Shown here: positions 37,001 through 50,084 of the stretch, one piece after another
How positions within the stretch are numbered: position 1 is the first letter of the stretch
Layout of the letters: each line of letters opens with the position of its first letter
NCBI RefSeq assembly: GCF_002113885.1
Contig: NW_018408803.1
Location: 133,912 to 197,911, forward strand
From: Mizuhopecten yessoensis
Lineage: Eukaryota
DNA: 64,000 nt
Direction of reading: 5' to 3'
The notes under the pieces: generated by a model
Seen by the model: only the letters and a program-made list of their open reading frames with translations
Told to the model about the DNA's origin: nothing
Databases searched by the model: none
Made by a program: the position numbers and the translations under genes

Positions 37001-39734
37001 AGGCTACAATCACAGTGTTGTTTGTTGTCTCCGTTACCATGGTAATTGTACTGATCCCCCCATTCTATACATAAGAATGATATAGAATACTTTGCTCTCT
37101 CATAGAAAATATAACTATGTACTGTTTCTATTACATTTTTTCGTATATTTATTTTCTGAAGTGCACAATTACACTATTTATGATTCAAGATAGAAAATTT
37201 ACTATAGATTGAGGAGATATGCTTTAACATCAGCATATAATTAATTCGCTAATAACTGGATTTCTGTTTTATATTTTGTGACGTAGGATTGTTTAATGGT
37301 AACTGTTTTTCTCTGCCCTAGCTATATGCTGTAATTTATAATTGTTCATATTTGTGTCTTGATAACGGGGCAGTCTTGACAAATTTGTTTGTCGCTGTTC
37401 ACGGTGAGGATCTGTATGCGCCATGTCCTGTGGTCTGGTACTTTGTATTTGTAAGCGCCATTGCTAGTTTTTGCGTATATGAATGTTTTGTTCTTAATTC
37501 ATTGTATAGCGAATCTGTATTGGTTGTGATATTTCTTTTAGTTTGTACCAATAGGCAGATTGATTAAGTACACAAAGAAAAAATTGATTGGCTTTTAGGA
37601 AATAGTTGCCTTTCTGGAACAGATGATTTCACTTCAGATTATTTTACATGTTGTCTTTCCTTTTGTTTCGGTGTCTCCTCCTTTACTGTTTTTGTTTATC
37701 TTGAGTTCTGAATTTGTCCCGGTGTATTGTTTCTGTAGTATTCAGGTTTGCTATTTTTACTTTTAATCTCGTACGGAGCCACTACAATATAAAGCTGATA
37801 TCAGTTGTTTTTATGACATTCGGTCCTCAACAGTCAATGCTTGTATTTTATGGGAAGCATCCAGATTATTATGGCACTGAATTTTTTTTCTAATAAAGGA
37901 GAATGTTTTTCCCATAAAGTGACTCATAGAAGATCTGTCTTTATGTGCTTTCTGATATAGTTGATGTTCAGAGATATGAATGACTTACAGAAGACACAAA
38001 ATTTGTGATGTTTTTAGTTTAAAGATAAAAGGTAATTAACATCATATATCTGTGATATGTGTAAGAGCTACACCCCCCCTAATTACAACTTTCGTTATAC
38101 AGTCACCTTTACCTGACTAGAAGTTATATCTATCAGGTGTGTGATCTATTTATATAACACCAAAAATACCATACGCTATTATTCACATTGACATAAACTA
38201 TTTGGTCTGAACTGAAGTTTCTGTTTTAAGAAAGCAAATGATTTTGAGTACTACTTCAAGAGTTCATTCGCGATAACTCGGATTTTAGTGTTATAGGTAA
38301 ATATTCCTCACAAATTTCTTCGGTTTAAGATTTGGTTGTTCGAAAATTATTTTCTGAAATCCTAAAACAATATGTAAATTTCAGTTTATTAATATCGGAA
38401 ATGACTTATGGAATGCAATGGTGTGTCATATGTCAACATATTTGGTAGAAAAATGAAGATATAGGTTTTGTTTCTGTGACCTCATCGATCCCTGGTTGCA
38501 GAATAACAAGTTTTTGTTATAAAATAGATGACTTACATCATAGCTACAGTGGCTGATGATCTAACACTGAGCAATGAATCCTATACAATAAGGTAGCTGT
38601 TTGGTAATTTACAAAATCAACTAATAATAATCTTAAATAACAAGCTAAAGTGGAAAATTCTTCTTAAAAGATTCTTGAATCTCATATGAATGAAAGTAAA
38701 TTTAAGGTATGTTTTATTAAAACACCTATGATTTAAGAAAATATTTCATTAAACAAATTTTTCCATGTAATTCTTGAAGTCTTAAAAAATTGCCATTTTG
38801 GCCACACATAGGACGCACATGCATTCACACATAGCTTTACCATAAAAAGATCAAATTAATTGTTAAATGAACTATAACCTGGTAATCAAGTCCAGCACAG
38901 GGGCCTGATAATTTGTAACAGCTATATTTGGACCTAAACTACCAAAAATTGGTCTAAACTCCCCAAATGTGTAAAAGTACTCTTAACACCTTAGATTAGG
39001 TCCAAATACATATAGCTGTAACAAATGACTTTACAGCCACATCGGTTCAGTACAGTACCTTGCACACATTTTCACACGAGTTTACGTTTGATAAAGTCTA
39101 TGTAAGTAGGAAAAAAATAGTTTACTGTAGTTAATATGTGTATACACATTTGCTGGACATTCATTCCACCTCAGGACACTAATTGTCTACACTCGATAAC
39201 CCAGATATACAACGTCATTATAACAATATTCAACTGTAATATTTATTTGTTTGAATGTATTTTATTTCACAACTGATGCCAGGTAAACTTATTTTGTATG
39301 TTAAACCAAGCAGTGGATAAGTGTTTGTCAAATATCCTCAATCAAACTAAGGCTAACTCTTCATAAACAATTCTGGAATATATCTTTACATATATCTTAT
39401 ATTTTTATTAATAAAAGCATTGTTTACTTTTCTTTTGTTGGCTTTGATTGTATATTTGTGATCAGTATAGGAGATCAACTCAAGATGCAGATTTGTTTAA
39501 AACAGAAAACACAGCTAACTACACACATATGCTGATATCAATTGTACAGGTATGCCTTACTCCGTAAACCTGTGTATAGCCTCATTATTATCGTCCAAAG
39601 ATCGATTGCATTAGAGAGATAAAATCTGGCATACGTGACATTTTATCCGTCTGCAATTGTCAGAATGTTTTGGCAAAGTTTGACACAATAAACACCAAAC
39701 TAATGTATTGCTATACTTAATTTATTGCTAGTTT

Positions 39735-40388
39735 TATGGCTTTTAGCTAGGTGTTATAGCTAGATGTATGATTTTTAGCTATGTGGTTTAGCTACATTTA
39801 TGTCTTATTGCTAGGTGTTAAGATGTACGGCTTATTGCTAGGTGTTATAGCTAGATTTACGGTTTATTGCTAGGTGTTATAGCTAGATTTACGGCTTATT
39901 GCTAGGTGTTATAGCTAGATTTACGGCTTATTCCTAGGTGTTATAGCTAGATTTACGGCTTATTCCTAGGTGTTATAGCTAGATTGATGGCTTATTGCTA
40001 GGTGTTATAGCTAGATTTACGGCTTATTGCTAGGTGTTATAGCTGGATTTTCGGGTTATAGCTAGATTGATGGCTTATTGCTAGTTGTTCTAGCCAGATT
40101 GATGGCTTATTGCTAGGTGTTATAGCTAGATTGATGGCTTATTGCTAGGTGTTATAGCTAGATTGATGGCTTATTGCTAGTTGTTCTAGCTAGATTGATG
40201 GCTTATTGCTAGGTGTTATAGCTAGATTGATGGCTTATTGCTAGTTGTTCTAGCTAGATTTACGGCTTATTGCTAGGTGTTATAGCTAGATTGATGGCTT
40301 ATTGCTAGGTGTTATAGCTAGATTTACGGCTTATTGCTAGGTGTTATAGCTAGATTTACGGCTTATTGCTAGGTGTTATAGCTAGATT
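39735..40388 (+). repeat. 32-bp minisatellite running into an N gap
   Basis: GGCTTATTGCTAGGTGTTATAGCTAGATTTAC units. Confidence 0.93.
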
Positions 40389-40823
40389 NNNNNNNNNNNN
40401 NNNNNNNNNNNNNNNNNNNNNNNNNNNNNNNNNNNNNNNNNNNNNNNNNNNNNNNNNNNNNNNNNNNNNNNNNNNNNNNNNNNNNNNNNNNNNNNNNNNN
40501 NNNNNNNNNNNNNNNNNNNNNNNNNNNNNNNNNNNNNNNNNNNNNNNNNNNNNNNNNNNNNNNNNNNNNNNNNNNNNNNNNNNNNNNNNNNNNNNNNNNN
40601 NNNNNNNNNNNNNNNNNNNNNNNNNNNNNNNNNNNNNNNNNNNNNNNNNNNNNNNNNNNNNNNNNNNNNNNNNNNNNNNNNNNNNNNNNNNNNNNNNNNN
40701 NNNNNNNNNNNNNNNNNNNNNNNNNNNNNNNNNNNNNNNNNNNNNNNNNNNNNNNNNNNNNNNNNNNNNNNNNNNNNNNNNNNNNNNNNNNNNNNNNNNN
40801 NNNNNNNNNNNNNNNNNNNNNNN

Positions 40824-41062
40824 CGGAACATCACCCCGAGTTCCCGGTGATAAGCGGAACATCACCCCGAGTTCTCGATGATAAGCGGAACATCACCCCG
40901 AGTTCCCGATGATAAGCGGAACATCACCCCGAGTTCCCGATGATAAGCGGAACATCACCCCGAGTTCCCGATGATAAGCGAACATCACCCCGAGTTCCCG
41001 GTGATAAGCGGAACATCACCCCGAGTTCTCGGTGATAAGCGGAACATCACCCCGAGTTCTCG
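40824..41062 (+). repeat. 31-bp GC-richer minisatellite emerging from an N gap
   Basis: CGGAACATCACCCCGAGTTCCCGATGATAAG units, head to tail. Confidence 0.93.
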
Positions 41063-42844
41063 GGCGACCAAAGCAGACGACAACAATAATAGTGTTTGGT
41101 ATTTTAAAGTACTAACTGCCGTTGTAGTAGGGGAACATGATCCCCTTTTTCACTTTGCCCTGGTACGCTGCACGACTTCATGGGTGGTCTAGTACTATAC
41201 CTGACAAAGACCTTCTTTAGAACTGCTCCTTTTGGAAAAACAGTGGGCAGCCATGCATTAAAAAAGGAAAACAATGTTAACTCTTTGATATGATACTACG
41301 GAGCCCCCGAAGGGACATGGTAAAATTGAATACATTTAAAGTTTTGAAAACATTGCAGCCATAATTAAATTTCACTTGGCAAATCCTATAATGAACCTTA
41401 ATACCTCTCATAAAAATGTATCTTGTGGAGAAAAAAACACAAGTCAGCGGCAGTTCTGATTTATATCAGGACAAATGGATCCTTACATATCATTACGACA
41501 ACATGTTTGTTCTTGGTTTGACAGTGTAGACAGATTCCAACATTTATAAATATCTAAACGTTTGCGTACAGTTTTTGAATTTCGTACCTTGAATGTCCCA
41601 AAATGTTATATGCACAAGACAATATTTAAAATATTCCTTGATAAAACTGCAAACCACAATTTTTTATTTACGATTTTCGCAGCAAGTATACATCTACATG
41701 TTAGATAACATACAATGTGTAGAATGTTTGTATGACTAAACACAACTAGTGTAACTGTCATTTTTTATGACGAAACGTGAATAATAAAATCATCAGTATA
41801 TTGGCATGAAATGTCCACACCTCAAGCAATAATATTGATTTCAAATGGTCACAATTTTGTTTTGTAATTAAACACTACATGTATAAGTAGCATGGACAAC
41901 TGAGGATTAAGGGGACAACTATCAATGAAATTTGACAATAACCGTCCAGTACTTATAATAACAATCTTCCGCTGTGTAAATCTTAGATGACCGCCAGCTG
42001 ATGGCCATCTTCTTTTTCGGACGAGTCTCAAAAGAAGCATGCATAACTTAAGACTAACAGACATAATGAAATGTTAAGAACGTTCAAAGCTTTCTAGAAT
42101 AATGACGGTAAAAACCTCAATAATAATCTTTAATAATACCAACAGAGGGCGCCTGACAACCACGCAAAAAAGGAATTTAGATAACCCCGACAAAAACTCG
42201 ATGTCCCTGAAACTAGCCCGGAGGATACACGAGTAGAGTAACGTTCCCGGCTACACACGGTCGATTGTATAGTTCAGGATGATACAGGTCAAACAAGCTA
42301 TGAGGCTTAACATTTGTCATTTTGTACACCATTTGTAAAAAACGAGAGAGGGGCGGAGAGAGAGGAAAAAAACAACCTATTGAAGCTTTCGGAATGTCTG
42401 ATCTACATCATAATGACCCTTTTAGCATATTGGTCAGATGTATTCGACACTTTGTTGAATATGACGTCATCGAACGAAAGTATCGATTTCATCATATCAT
42501 GTTGAGTTGTTTCATAAACTTCATAAAATTTAAAAACAAAAACTCGATCTGAACATAGATACATAGAGTTGAAAAATCTCGCATTGGAAAAGACTCACTA
42601 AAGATAGCATGTGAATAGAGCTTAGCTAGTACGGGGTCTTAACTCATATCTAACTCAATATTCTTATACATAGGATAAATACCTCGCGGTTTTTGTCTGT
42701 TAAAACTTCTTAAGTCAGAATAAAGCTAGTCATATTTCATACCTAAAATCCAACGAATTTTGAGAAGGTCATGTACCATATGAATTTTGTTGTCAAACTA
42801 AGACATTGTTTTGGACATGTTTGCTCAGACGTCACATACCAAAT

Positions 42845-44497
42845 CTACGTATACTGAAGAAGTCTTACGTGGAAATCATAGCTTCCAAACCAAAGTGTGC
42901 CCGTTTCCTCTATACAAACACAATGTATGTATGCAGATGTATCAGAAAACAACTGCCGCAGAAACATGCCTTCGTTGCTGATGAGAAAAATGGTGTTCCT
43001 ATCACACACAACAAGATTCCCTGTGTTATCATATGCAACATCCTCTGGACTCCAAGCTTTTGACACTTTAGATTGGTCAACAGTCGACATGGCACCTTTG
43101 TACATGAAAAGTTGCTGAAAGTGTTTGTCAATCACTAAGACGTGGTCTCCATCAACCATTGCTATGTTTCCAGTGATTCTACATTCTGACATCCTGCAGG
43201 GTGACACACAAAGTGGCTGACCAGAACTCGACGTCGTCGTCTTAAAGACCGTTTTCCCGTTGGTTGTCAACTTCGTTAGCGCTCCTGGTCCTCCAATGAG
43301 AATGTGTTCATCCAGAGTAACGCAGATTGAATGAAGCTTATTTATAGTTGTGTTGAAGCGATGGATTACTTTTGTCGGAGTCACTTCTACGATTTTCCCA
43401 TCATACGAATGAGCCCAGCAGTGATGGGTCGTCGGTGATACGCTGATACCCATAACATAGCTTGTTAACGTTAACGTGACATTTCGTTTCTTTTCACCTT
43501 TATTGCTTATAAGTGTAATGTTGTCATAACACGCGCAGCATGTCCAGGCCTCTTCGCCAATAACACTCATATCCAAGACAGCAAATGGAGATTGAAAATC
43601 TGCAAGTATCTTTGTTGTTTGACAGCGCGTTTTTCTGTGCTGGTCCTGCGGAAGTAGTGGTTTACCTAAATCATTCTCCTTCTTTCGTGTCGCTAGCATT
43701 CGCGGTGCTCTTTTGTGTTTCGTGATATGCGGATTTGTCGCAGCTGCTTTGTCGAATTTGGTATTAGCAGGACAAATCTTGCATGGTTGTGACCCGGATG
43801 AATCTTTCAGCATGTTCTCGGAAGCCTTGCGCTCCGTTGTCACCAAACCAAAGGCGTGTTCAATGGACTGTAAAGGATACAGATTTGGTCTGAAAGACAC
43901 ATGCTGGACGGCTGGCACTGATGGTGGAGTGTTATACATGTGTGTGTCCACTTCTTTTTCAGTGTCATGGATCTGGATATCTGACCCTGTTTGAACGGAT
44001 TCTTTGCACTCTTTGAGAAAATTACAAAATCGTTCTTTTCTTCGGTAAATATCCTCTTTGTACTGGCTTAGCAGCTTCTCATTCTCCTCTTTAATTTCCC
44101 TAAAGATTGAAATCTTTGTCAATGTATAATCATTAATTTCTTTCTTCAGTTTTTCAGCATGGGCTTTTGCAGCAATACATAATTTTTCAAAATTGTCTGC
44201 ATTTTCCGATAGTTTTTGGTCAACAGACGCCAAATTTTGTTGAAATTCATTGCTCTTTGTGGATTCTGAAGTGTCAATGAAATTACGAATTTTCCCCTTT
44301 TTTTGTGGTGTAAGATCCTGTAAGTCATCTAAGTTGTGTCCTCTATGGATGGTTGATACACACTTAATACAGGCTAACTCCTGACAGGTAATACAATAAA
44401 GTTGAAATATCTTTTCGCTGTGAAAAGTGCAGTGTATTTGCCCTTTAGTACGTACGGGCATTTGTCCTTTAAAAAAAAATGTTGTTTTGGTAGCCAT
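42845..44497 (-). CDS. RING-less TRIM-like protein (B-box, coiled coil, NHL-like propeller), 550 aa
   Basis: Intact single-exon ORF; B-box CTFH..YCITCQELACIKCVSTIHRGH; PEDVAYDNTGNLVVCD; collinear with the 28963..30651 protein; possible 5'UTR intron at 44566..44698 (GTAAGT..TTTCAG on -). Confidence 0.9.
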   Translation of the reverse strand: MATKTTFFFKGQMPVRTKGQIHCTFHSEKIFQLYCITCQELACIKCVSTIHRGHNLDDLQDLTPQKKGKIRNFIDTSESTKSNEFQQNLASVDQKLSENADNFEKLCIAAKAHAEKLKKEINDYTLTKISIFREIKEENEKLLSQYKEDIYRRKERFCNFLKECKESVQTGSDIQIHDTEKEVDTHMYNTPPSVPAVQHVSFRPNLYPLQSIEHAFGLVTTERKASENMLKDSSGSQPCKICPANTKFDKAAATNPHITKHKRAPRMLATRKKENDLGKPLLPQDQHRKTRCQTTKILADFQSPFAVLDMSVIGEEAWTCCACYDNITLISNKGEKKRNVTLTLTSYVMGISVSPTTHHCWAHSYDGKIVEVTPTKVIHRFNTTINKLHSICVTLDEHILIGGPGALTKLTTNGKTVFKTTTSSSGQPLCVSPCRMSECRITGNIAMVDGDHVLVIDKHFQQLFMYKGAMSTVDQSKVSKAWSPEDVAYDNTGNLVVCDRNTIFLISNEGMFLRQLFSDTSAYIHCVCIEETGTLWFGSYDFHVRLLQYT

Positions 44498-47400
44498 TGT
44501 CCACTACACGCCTCAGACAGCTCTGGTATGCGCAATGGTTTTATTCATGTGTAAATTCCAAAGATCTGAAATCATCACAAAAACAATATACAATGGGAAG
44601 TCAACATGTTTAAAAATAAATGTCAACTGATACGATATTTTAATGCACACATTCTGCATTCAGGATTATGACAGATGCAGGTGATATGACCTACTTACTG
44701 TTTAAAATTTCGTCTCATCCCATTTCCCAGGCCATGCAATACGAATAACACACTAATATAAATAACTTCGTTACGTTGATGTAAACTATGATTGAAGTAT
44801 TGACGATATTGTGTTCAAAGTCCAAAGACCAGTAAATCGAATCGGAGATAGATTTGCTTAACCCTAGCCAAACAGCCTGCCAGCCACACATTAACAAATA
44901 CAGAGCATGCGCATTCATGTTTTAAGTACAGTTTACTGTAATGACATAGCAGACGACAAAACGCATTTAAACTACGATACAGAGATACAGAGATACAACC
45001 TTTCTTATTATTGTATTTTTTCTCTCTAAAATATCGATTTACTGAGAAATTATTCATAATTCATCAGTATATGTAAAATGGGCGTTTCAGCGCAGTCCCC
45101 AGTCTTCACCAACCCCTGTACCAACCTACAGCACTACTCTTATCGGGTGTTACCGAGTTTACCTATCACTGTGCATACACCGTCACATGCCTCGCCACTG
45201 TCTTTTATTCAAAATGCTTTGAAGCAGAATAAATGTAGAAAGGTTATGACATATGCGGGGTTGTATGTACCCACTTACCATGTCATCGTCGAGTGTAGCC
45301 CAAGTACAGGCTTGGGTTTTTTGCGTGTCTGTTCATTCACAATCAACAACAAGAAAGAAGGTTTAACTGTGCACTTTTAATTGGGAATCCCCTTCTTGTC
45401 CAATCTGACGTGCATACATTATGTATGTTCGCCAATATTTTGTCTACCTGTATCATGCGTCGTCTGCTATGCCGCACAGCTGCTGCCCAATGTTCGTGAG
45501 GATACCTGGATTTGCTGCGGTACTGTGTTAAGTGTAGATAATTGTTTACATCGTGTATTTAAAAAAATATTTTAACTTAAATATTGACTTTGTGATATTT
45601 TATATTTTAATCGAGAAGATCCTTTTTTACCGTCTATTTATGGCTACATTATCTGGCCTACGGCCGACAGCTTATAAGTCATGTTTTATGGTATGCTGTT
45701 TACATCACAGGGACATGATTTGTCCTGATAATATTCCTCTCCTATCTCTCCTCTTGATGAGTCAGAAGAGGATAATTTATCATGACGATCAACATGACCC
45801 TGTGCAGCACATGTTGTTTTATTTTTATCTGCAATACACATTTGTATTCTGCCGAGGAAATACTATCACCACGTGACCTTATATTTAGTTGCAATGCACC
45901 AAGTATTGATGTGCACCCCAAAAATAGTAAAAGCATTGGTACTGTGCATGCACAAGATGACGCGTATGATACTGTTAAACTTCTCACATGTAAAACAATC
46001 AATGGTGTTAAACATTTTTAAGTGGAAATGGTTGGTTACACTGACCAAACACGGGAACTAATCACAAACATTCTCGCAGACATCGTGCGTCAATTTCAAC
46101 ATAAAAGGACACAAAGCGGAAAGGCATGACAGAAAGCCAAACGGTCACAACTGTTTCTTCAATTGGGTTACACCTTTTATAATCTTAGATTCTTTCTTTT
46201 TCTCTGTTTTCTTTTATAGATCATATGTTAAGATTTTAGCTTCATGATTATTAAGTGTTTCAAGTCAGGTGCCGATCTTATCGATGTATATGAAACAAAT
46301 ATTTCATTTTCCCCTATCTTCTCCTCCTAGGTATATCTGGTGTCCCTCAAATGAGGACATATCTGACAATGGTTCTGCTTTTCCTGCCCATTGCATCCAT
46401 GAATCAATATTGAATATTTAAAACTTGCACACCAAAAATTAGCTTTCTGCAGTTAATAAACAGTGATACAAGCATGTACACGTTTGGTGATAAATCTGAT
46501 GCCAAAGAAAAGGTAAACTTTTAGCAATGCAAGTTTGGGGATATTCAAATTGCTGCCAAACTGGTAATATATTTTTTTACACGAAAACAAGAATTGCAAA
46601 AAACATGCATCTGATTTTTTAAAGTTATTTTTTTCATATGCATGTTTGCTATTAAAATTGACCATAATTTGTAAAACTTTATAAAAACCACTACTAGATG
46701 AAAATAAGATTCAAACATAATTTTGACATCAGAAGAATGTATCCTAAAAGCAAAAACTTCAAATTCGTATATATATTTTTTATTGTTATGTATTTTTATC
46801 TAAGAGTAGTCATTTTTAATCCTTCGACTGTATATTTGGCTTTCAATTTAAAAAAATATGAAAATATTTTTAAAAATGAGATATATAACTGGCATTAATG
46901 TATTTAGTAATGCTTCGTTAAAACTCAGTTTGAGACGATTTTAAATTATCAGTCATAATGGGCAATGAATAAGGCTTCAAACATTGAAAATTTTGTTTAG
47001 CACATTTTTATTCACATGAACTTATAACAGTAAACTGTAAAGAATCATATTTTCACTGGCCGTTGTTAATACTGTGATTTTGCTCACAGCACTTTTGAAT
47101 TTGTGTTGAGAGTTCCTTCATAAGAATTTTTTCCAGACCGATCATCGGAGCCTCTTCTGCCATAGATACGATGTAGGCAGCACCGGAAAACAGAACCAAC
47201 ATACCAGTGAAATAGCATATCTGGAAACAAAAGCATATCTTCATTTCAGGAAAGTATATATATACGGCAAAACATATGTAGCAGCCTATCCAGTACACTA
47301 CCAGTTTGCTTACAACAAGCACATTTTGATTTTCCCTTTCCCCATTTCCTTTCAGAATTTCTTCATAGTATCTCCTCCTTTATTTGTCAATAAATCCCTT

Positions 47401-47854
47401 GATGTTATGAAAAAACCCGTTATAACACCAACATCTTGCTGAACAAAAAAGTGGCTTTACTTTATAAAATGAAACCGTGTTTTACTGATGCCATTGATGA
47501 TTTTTGGAAGCATAACGTGTGTATGGCAGGAGGGGCAGGATCAGAAAACAGAGTCAATATGATAGCATTATTTTGTTTGCAACTGCATGCACTGCATACG
47601 TAATTGTATGATATAGTTATTGAATATCAACTATTGTCGCGTTAGGCACTAGGCACTGACTTCCCGCCGATTGCACAGAATCGAATCCCAAGGCTAATCC
47701 GGTATCGCAAATTATCCAAAACTTCATGTTCAGCAACTGTTCTTCTTGTTTTCATGTCATAACTCATGGACTATATCCTATAGGGCAGAGGCAGACCCAG
47801 AGGTCCAATCTGGTAGAAAATCAAAATGCATCACTTCATTCCTAGTAACTTCAT

Positions 47855-48200
47855 TTATTACCTCTTTTAGAAAAATCAAGGAATCTGATTGGTTAAATAC
47901 TACAGTTTACCAAACCGCATTCGTAAATCTCAGGGGGTATCCGAAAATCTCAGGGGGTATACGGTCATATCACGTGGTTCTCAGCAGTAATACGGTGGAA
48001 TCACTTGATTTTTCAAGGGTTATACGGGTCACGTGTCTTTGTATCTTGCGGCCGGGCATCGGGAGACAACTCGCATTCGTCGTCTGCTTCGCTGTTTACA
48101 AAATGGCAAAACGTTTCGCTTCGCATACTGATGAGGAAATACTCTCTTTGTTTTTATTATAAGACTCAAAGGGGTAATACATTCGTTACACGGATTAGTA
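47855..48200 (+). mobile_element. Possible Crypton-derived non-autonomous element
   Basis: CTGATTGGTT motif and short peptide MAKRFASHTDEEI resembling Crypton N-termini (from memory, weak). Confidence 0.3.
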
Positions 48201-48451
48201 TACCAGGTTATGGGGTGGGATTTTTATTTTCACCCACATACTAGGTCCCTTAGTGTGGGGCAAAGCCAGTCCTTGGTTATACGGTTAGATTATTGTGCTT
48301 ATTTCAAGCAAATGAATGCCTAACAGCTGTAGGAATGGGGTAATGATCTCAAACATGTCCATGTTATGACCCAGGGACTAAGTTATCTGGGGTTCCATAG
48401 ACCCTCTGGTCATTCCTGGTAGCTTACTTATATACCGGATATTTAAACATA

Positions 48452-49070
48452 AACAAGAAGCCCAGAGGGCCCGTATTGCTCACATGGATCTTTATATGCC
48501 AAGCAATGGTATAAATGGCTATGGGTTTAGGATCTAAACCGTTTCAAAGTTATGACCCAAGAATTAAGTCCCTATGGATGGGGCCAGACCATAGAGTCAA
48601 TACTAATATATGACTGTGTTTATTTCTTTATGCCTATCAAATTCATATATATGGTTATAGGGTTGGAATCTCATATGTTTTAAAGTTATGGGCCTGATCA
48701 GACTCAAGGGTCAATAGTAATATAACATTGTGTCGGTTTCTTGATGCCCAGCAATGATACATATGGTTAAGGGGTGGGGATCTCAACCGTTTCAATGTTA
48801 TGACGCAAGAAGTATGTCCTTAGAGGTAGGACCAGACCTCAGGATCAATTCTAATATTATAATTGTGCTTGTCTCTCGATGCCAAGCAATGTTTTTTTTA
48901 CATTAATTTGGTGGGGATAACAACTGTTTCAAAGATATGACCCAAAATATAAATCACTAGGGGTGGAGCCAGACCCAAGGGTCAAATCCAGTACATGACT
49001 GTGTTTATGGATTTTTGCCTATTAAACGTCTATATGGGGTGGGGATCTCATCCTATTAACAGGTATGAAC
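48452..49070 (-). mobile_element. Helentron/HINE-like element fragment with ~120-bp internal repeats
   Basis: AACAAGAAGCCCAGAGGGCCCGTATTGCTCACATG is the reverse complement of the family 3' end; repeated GGATCTCA..GTTTCAAAGTTATGACCCA. Confidence 0.5.
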
Positions 49071-49084
49071 CATTAACGACATGT

Positions 49085-49235
49085 CAGGTTTCGGTGGCGT
49101 AGGAACGTCAGGGTACCCAGAGAAAGACAATCAACGTGCCGCAAGTACTTGGCCCACGTAGACTTCAAACCCGGGACCCAGTGATAGAGGGCGGGTGATC
49201 ATAGACAGTAAATTGCCTAAACCGTTCGGTCACTT
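49085..49235 (-). mobile_element. Degenerate copy of the same SINE family
   Basis: Reverse-complement similarity to the head and core. Confidence 0.5.
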
Positions 49236-50084
49236 ATAGAGCCACGAACTCACGAACATAAAATGTTCTATTCGTGTGTACTTTCTTTCATGGTTTTGGA
49301 ACTTTCAAATTATTTCGCGGGTAAAAAAATTGTCCAAAACTAACATTACAACTTCATCAATGAGAGAGGTACAATCTTCTTATTACCCAAGGGAGATAAC
49401 CTGAGTTACAATCTTACCTCCATATCCAGTAGCACAGGCAAATATAACCCAGGCCAGGGCGACACTCCAGGAAAAGTGATTTAAGGCCACGTTAATCACA
49501 CTTGGTGCCAAGGGGTGCATTGCAACCATGGTGATAGTAGTAATAGAGGCCATATACAACACAGTCCTGTCGCTAAGGAAACAGACCATCCAATCAAAAC
49601 TACAGCCTGTATAAGGACAGAAGTTGAAGTTTCAAAAACAAAATATATAAACCACTGCAGATCCGACAACATCATTATATTTTCCCTACACTAGGTGTAT
49701 CTCAATTGCAGTCATTCAATTTCTCAATTAAATTAATTTTCTATAAACAAACTTGAATTTTATATTGATAGGTATGAGGTATGTTTGTATATATATCTAT
49801 GATTATATGATGTTACTGAGTGTCAAGTAGTAAGATTTCAATTTCAGTTTCAACTAGAACTGTAAGCCAAAGGCTAATTAATACCCCCTGCTCCTATATA
49901 AACCAGAACTGTAAGGTACAGGTTTACTAAGGCAAAGCATTGCAAAGCAATCCATAGTCTCCCACAAGTAATGATTTCTTTATTGACTGAGCTGTACACT
50001 TATTTAAGTATACAGGTCACTGACATACTTCATGTATAAGGAATTTTCAAGAAAGAGCCATAGCTTTATCAAAAAGGGTCAGGA

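Noticed and set aside
40824-41062. CRISPR-like 31-bp repeats with an internal GGAAC/GTTCC hairpin
   Set aside because: The units are head to tail with no unique spacers, there are no cas genes, and the context is eukaryotic.
42845-47220. Idea that the second TRIM-like gene was co-duplicated with the NRF-6 paralogue
   Set aside because: It lies outside the paralogue and on the same strand rather than nested antisense. The two TRIM-like proteins are also much more diverged than the NRF-6 copies.
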